A DNA stretch of 7,859 nucleotides from Octopus sinensis. Its lineage: Eukaryota. Under the pieces are notes generated by a model that saw only the letters and a program-made list of their open reading frames with translations, was not told where the DNA came from and ran no database searches. The position numbers and the translations under genes were made by a program. Below, piece by piece: positions 7,848 to 7,859 of the stretch. How positions within the stretch are numbered: the stretch's first letter is position 1; each line of letters begins with the position of its first letter. The stretch is taken from assembly GCF_006345805.1 (NCBI RefSeq), contig NW_021828720.1, positions 1 to 7,859 on the forward strand, read 5' to 3'.

Positions 7848-7859
7848 AAACCGGATATA

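Overview
Eukaryotic (probably invertebrate animal; inference) repeat-rich DNA with no confidently identifiable host gene. The main feature is a near full-length CR1-type LINE on the minus strand (~3267-7253). Its ORF2 (APE endonuclease remnant + reverse transcriptase) is clear but frameshifted. Its ORF1, once frameshifts are bridged, reads as a Myb/SANT-like domain, a Gln-rich and Ser/Pro-rich linker and two CCCH-type zinc-finger motifs, which is not one of the usual LINE ORF1 architectures. The element sits between two (TA)n microsatellites. A second, ~170-bp 5'-truncated copy of the same family (7679-7847) has its 3' end in the second (TA)n tract in the same orientation. Both copies end in a GGCCA/TGGCC hairpin plus a (TATCAAAG)2 tail, suggesting a (TA)n-associated or (TA)n-targeting family. 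The N-terminal half of the endonuclease appears to be missing through an in-frame deletion. Also present: a 58-bp minisatellite (~10 copies, 22-603), a CA/TG fold-back microsatellite and a possible much older plus-strand RT relic (~2040-2720, low confidence). All protein reconstructions were done by eye; no database searches were run.
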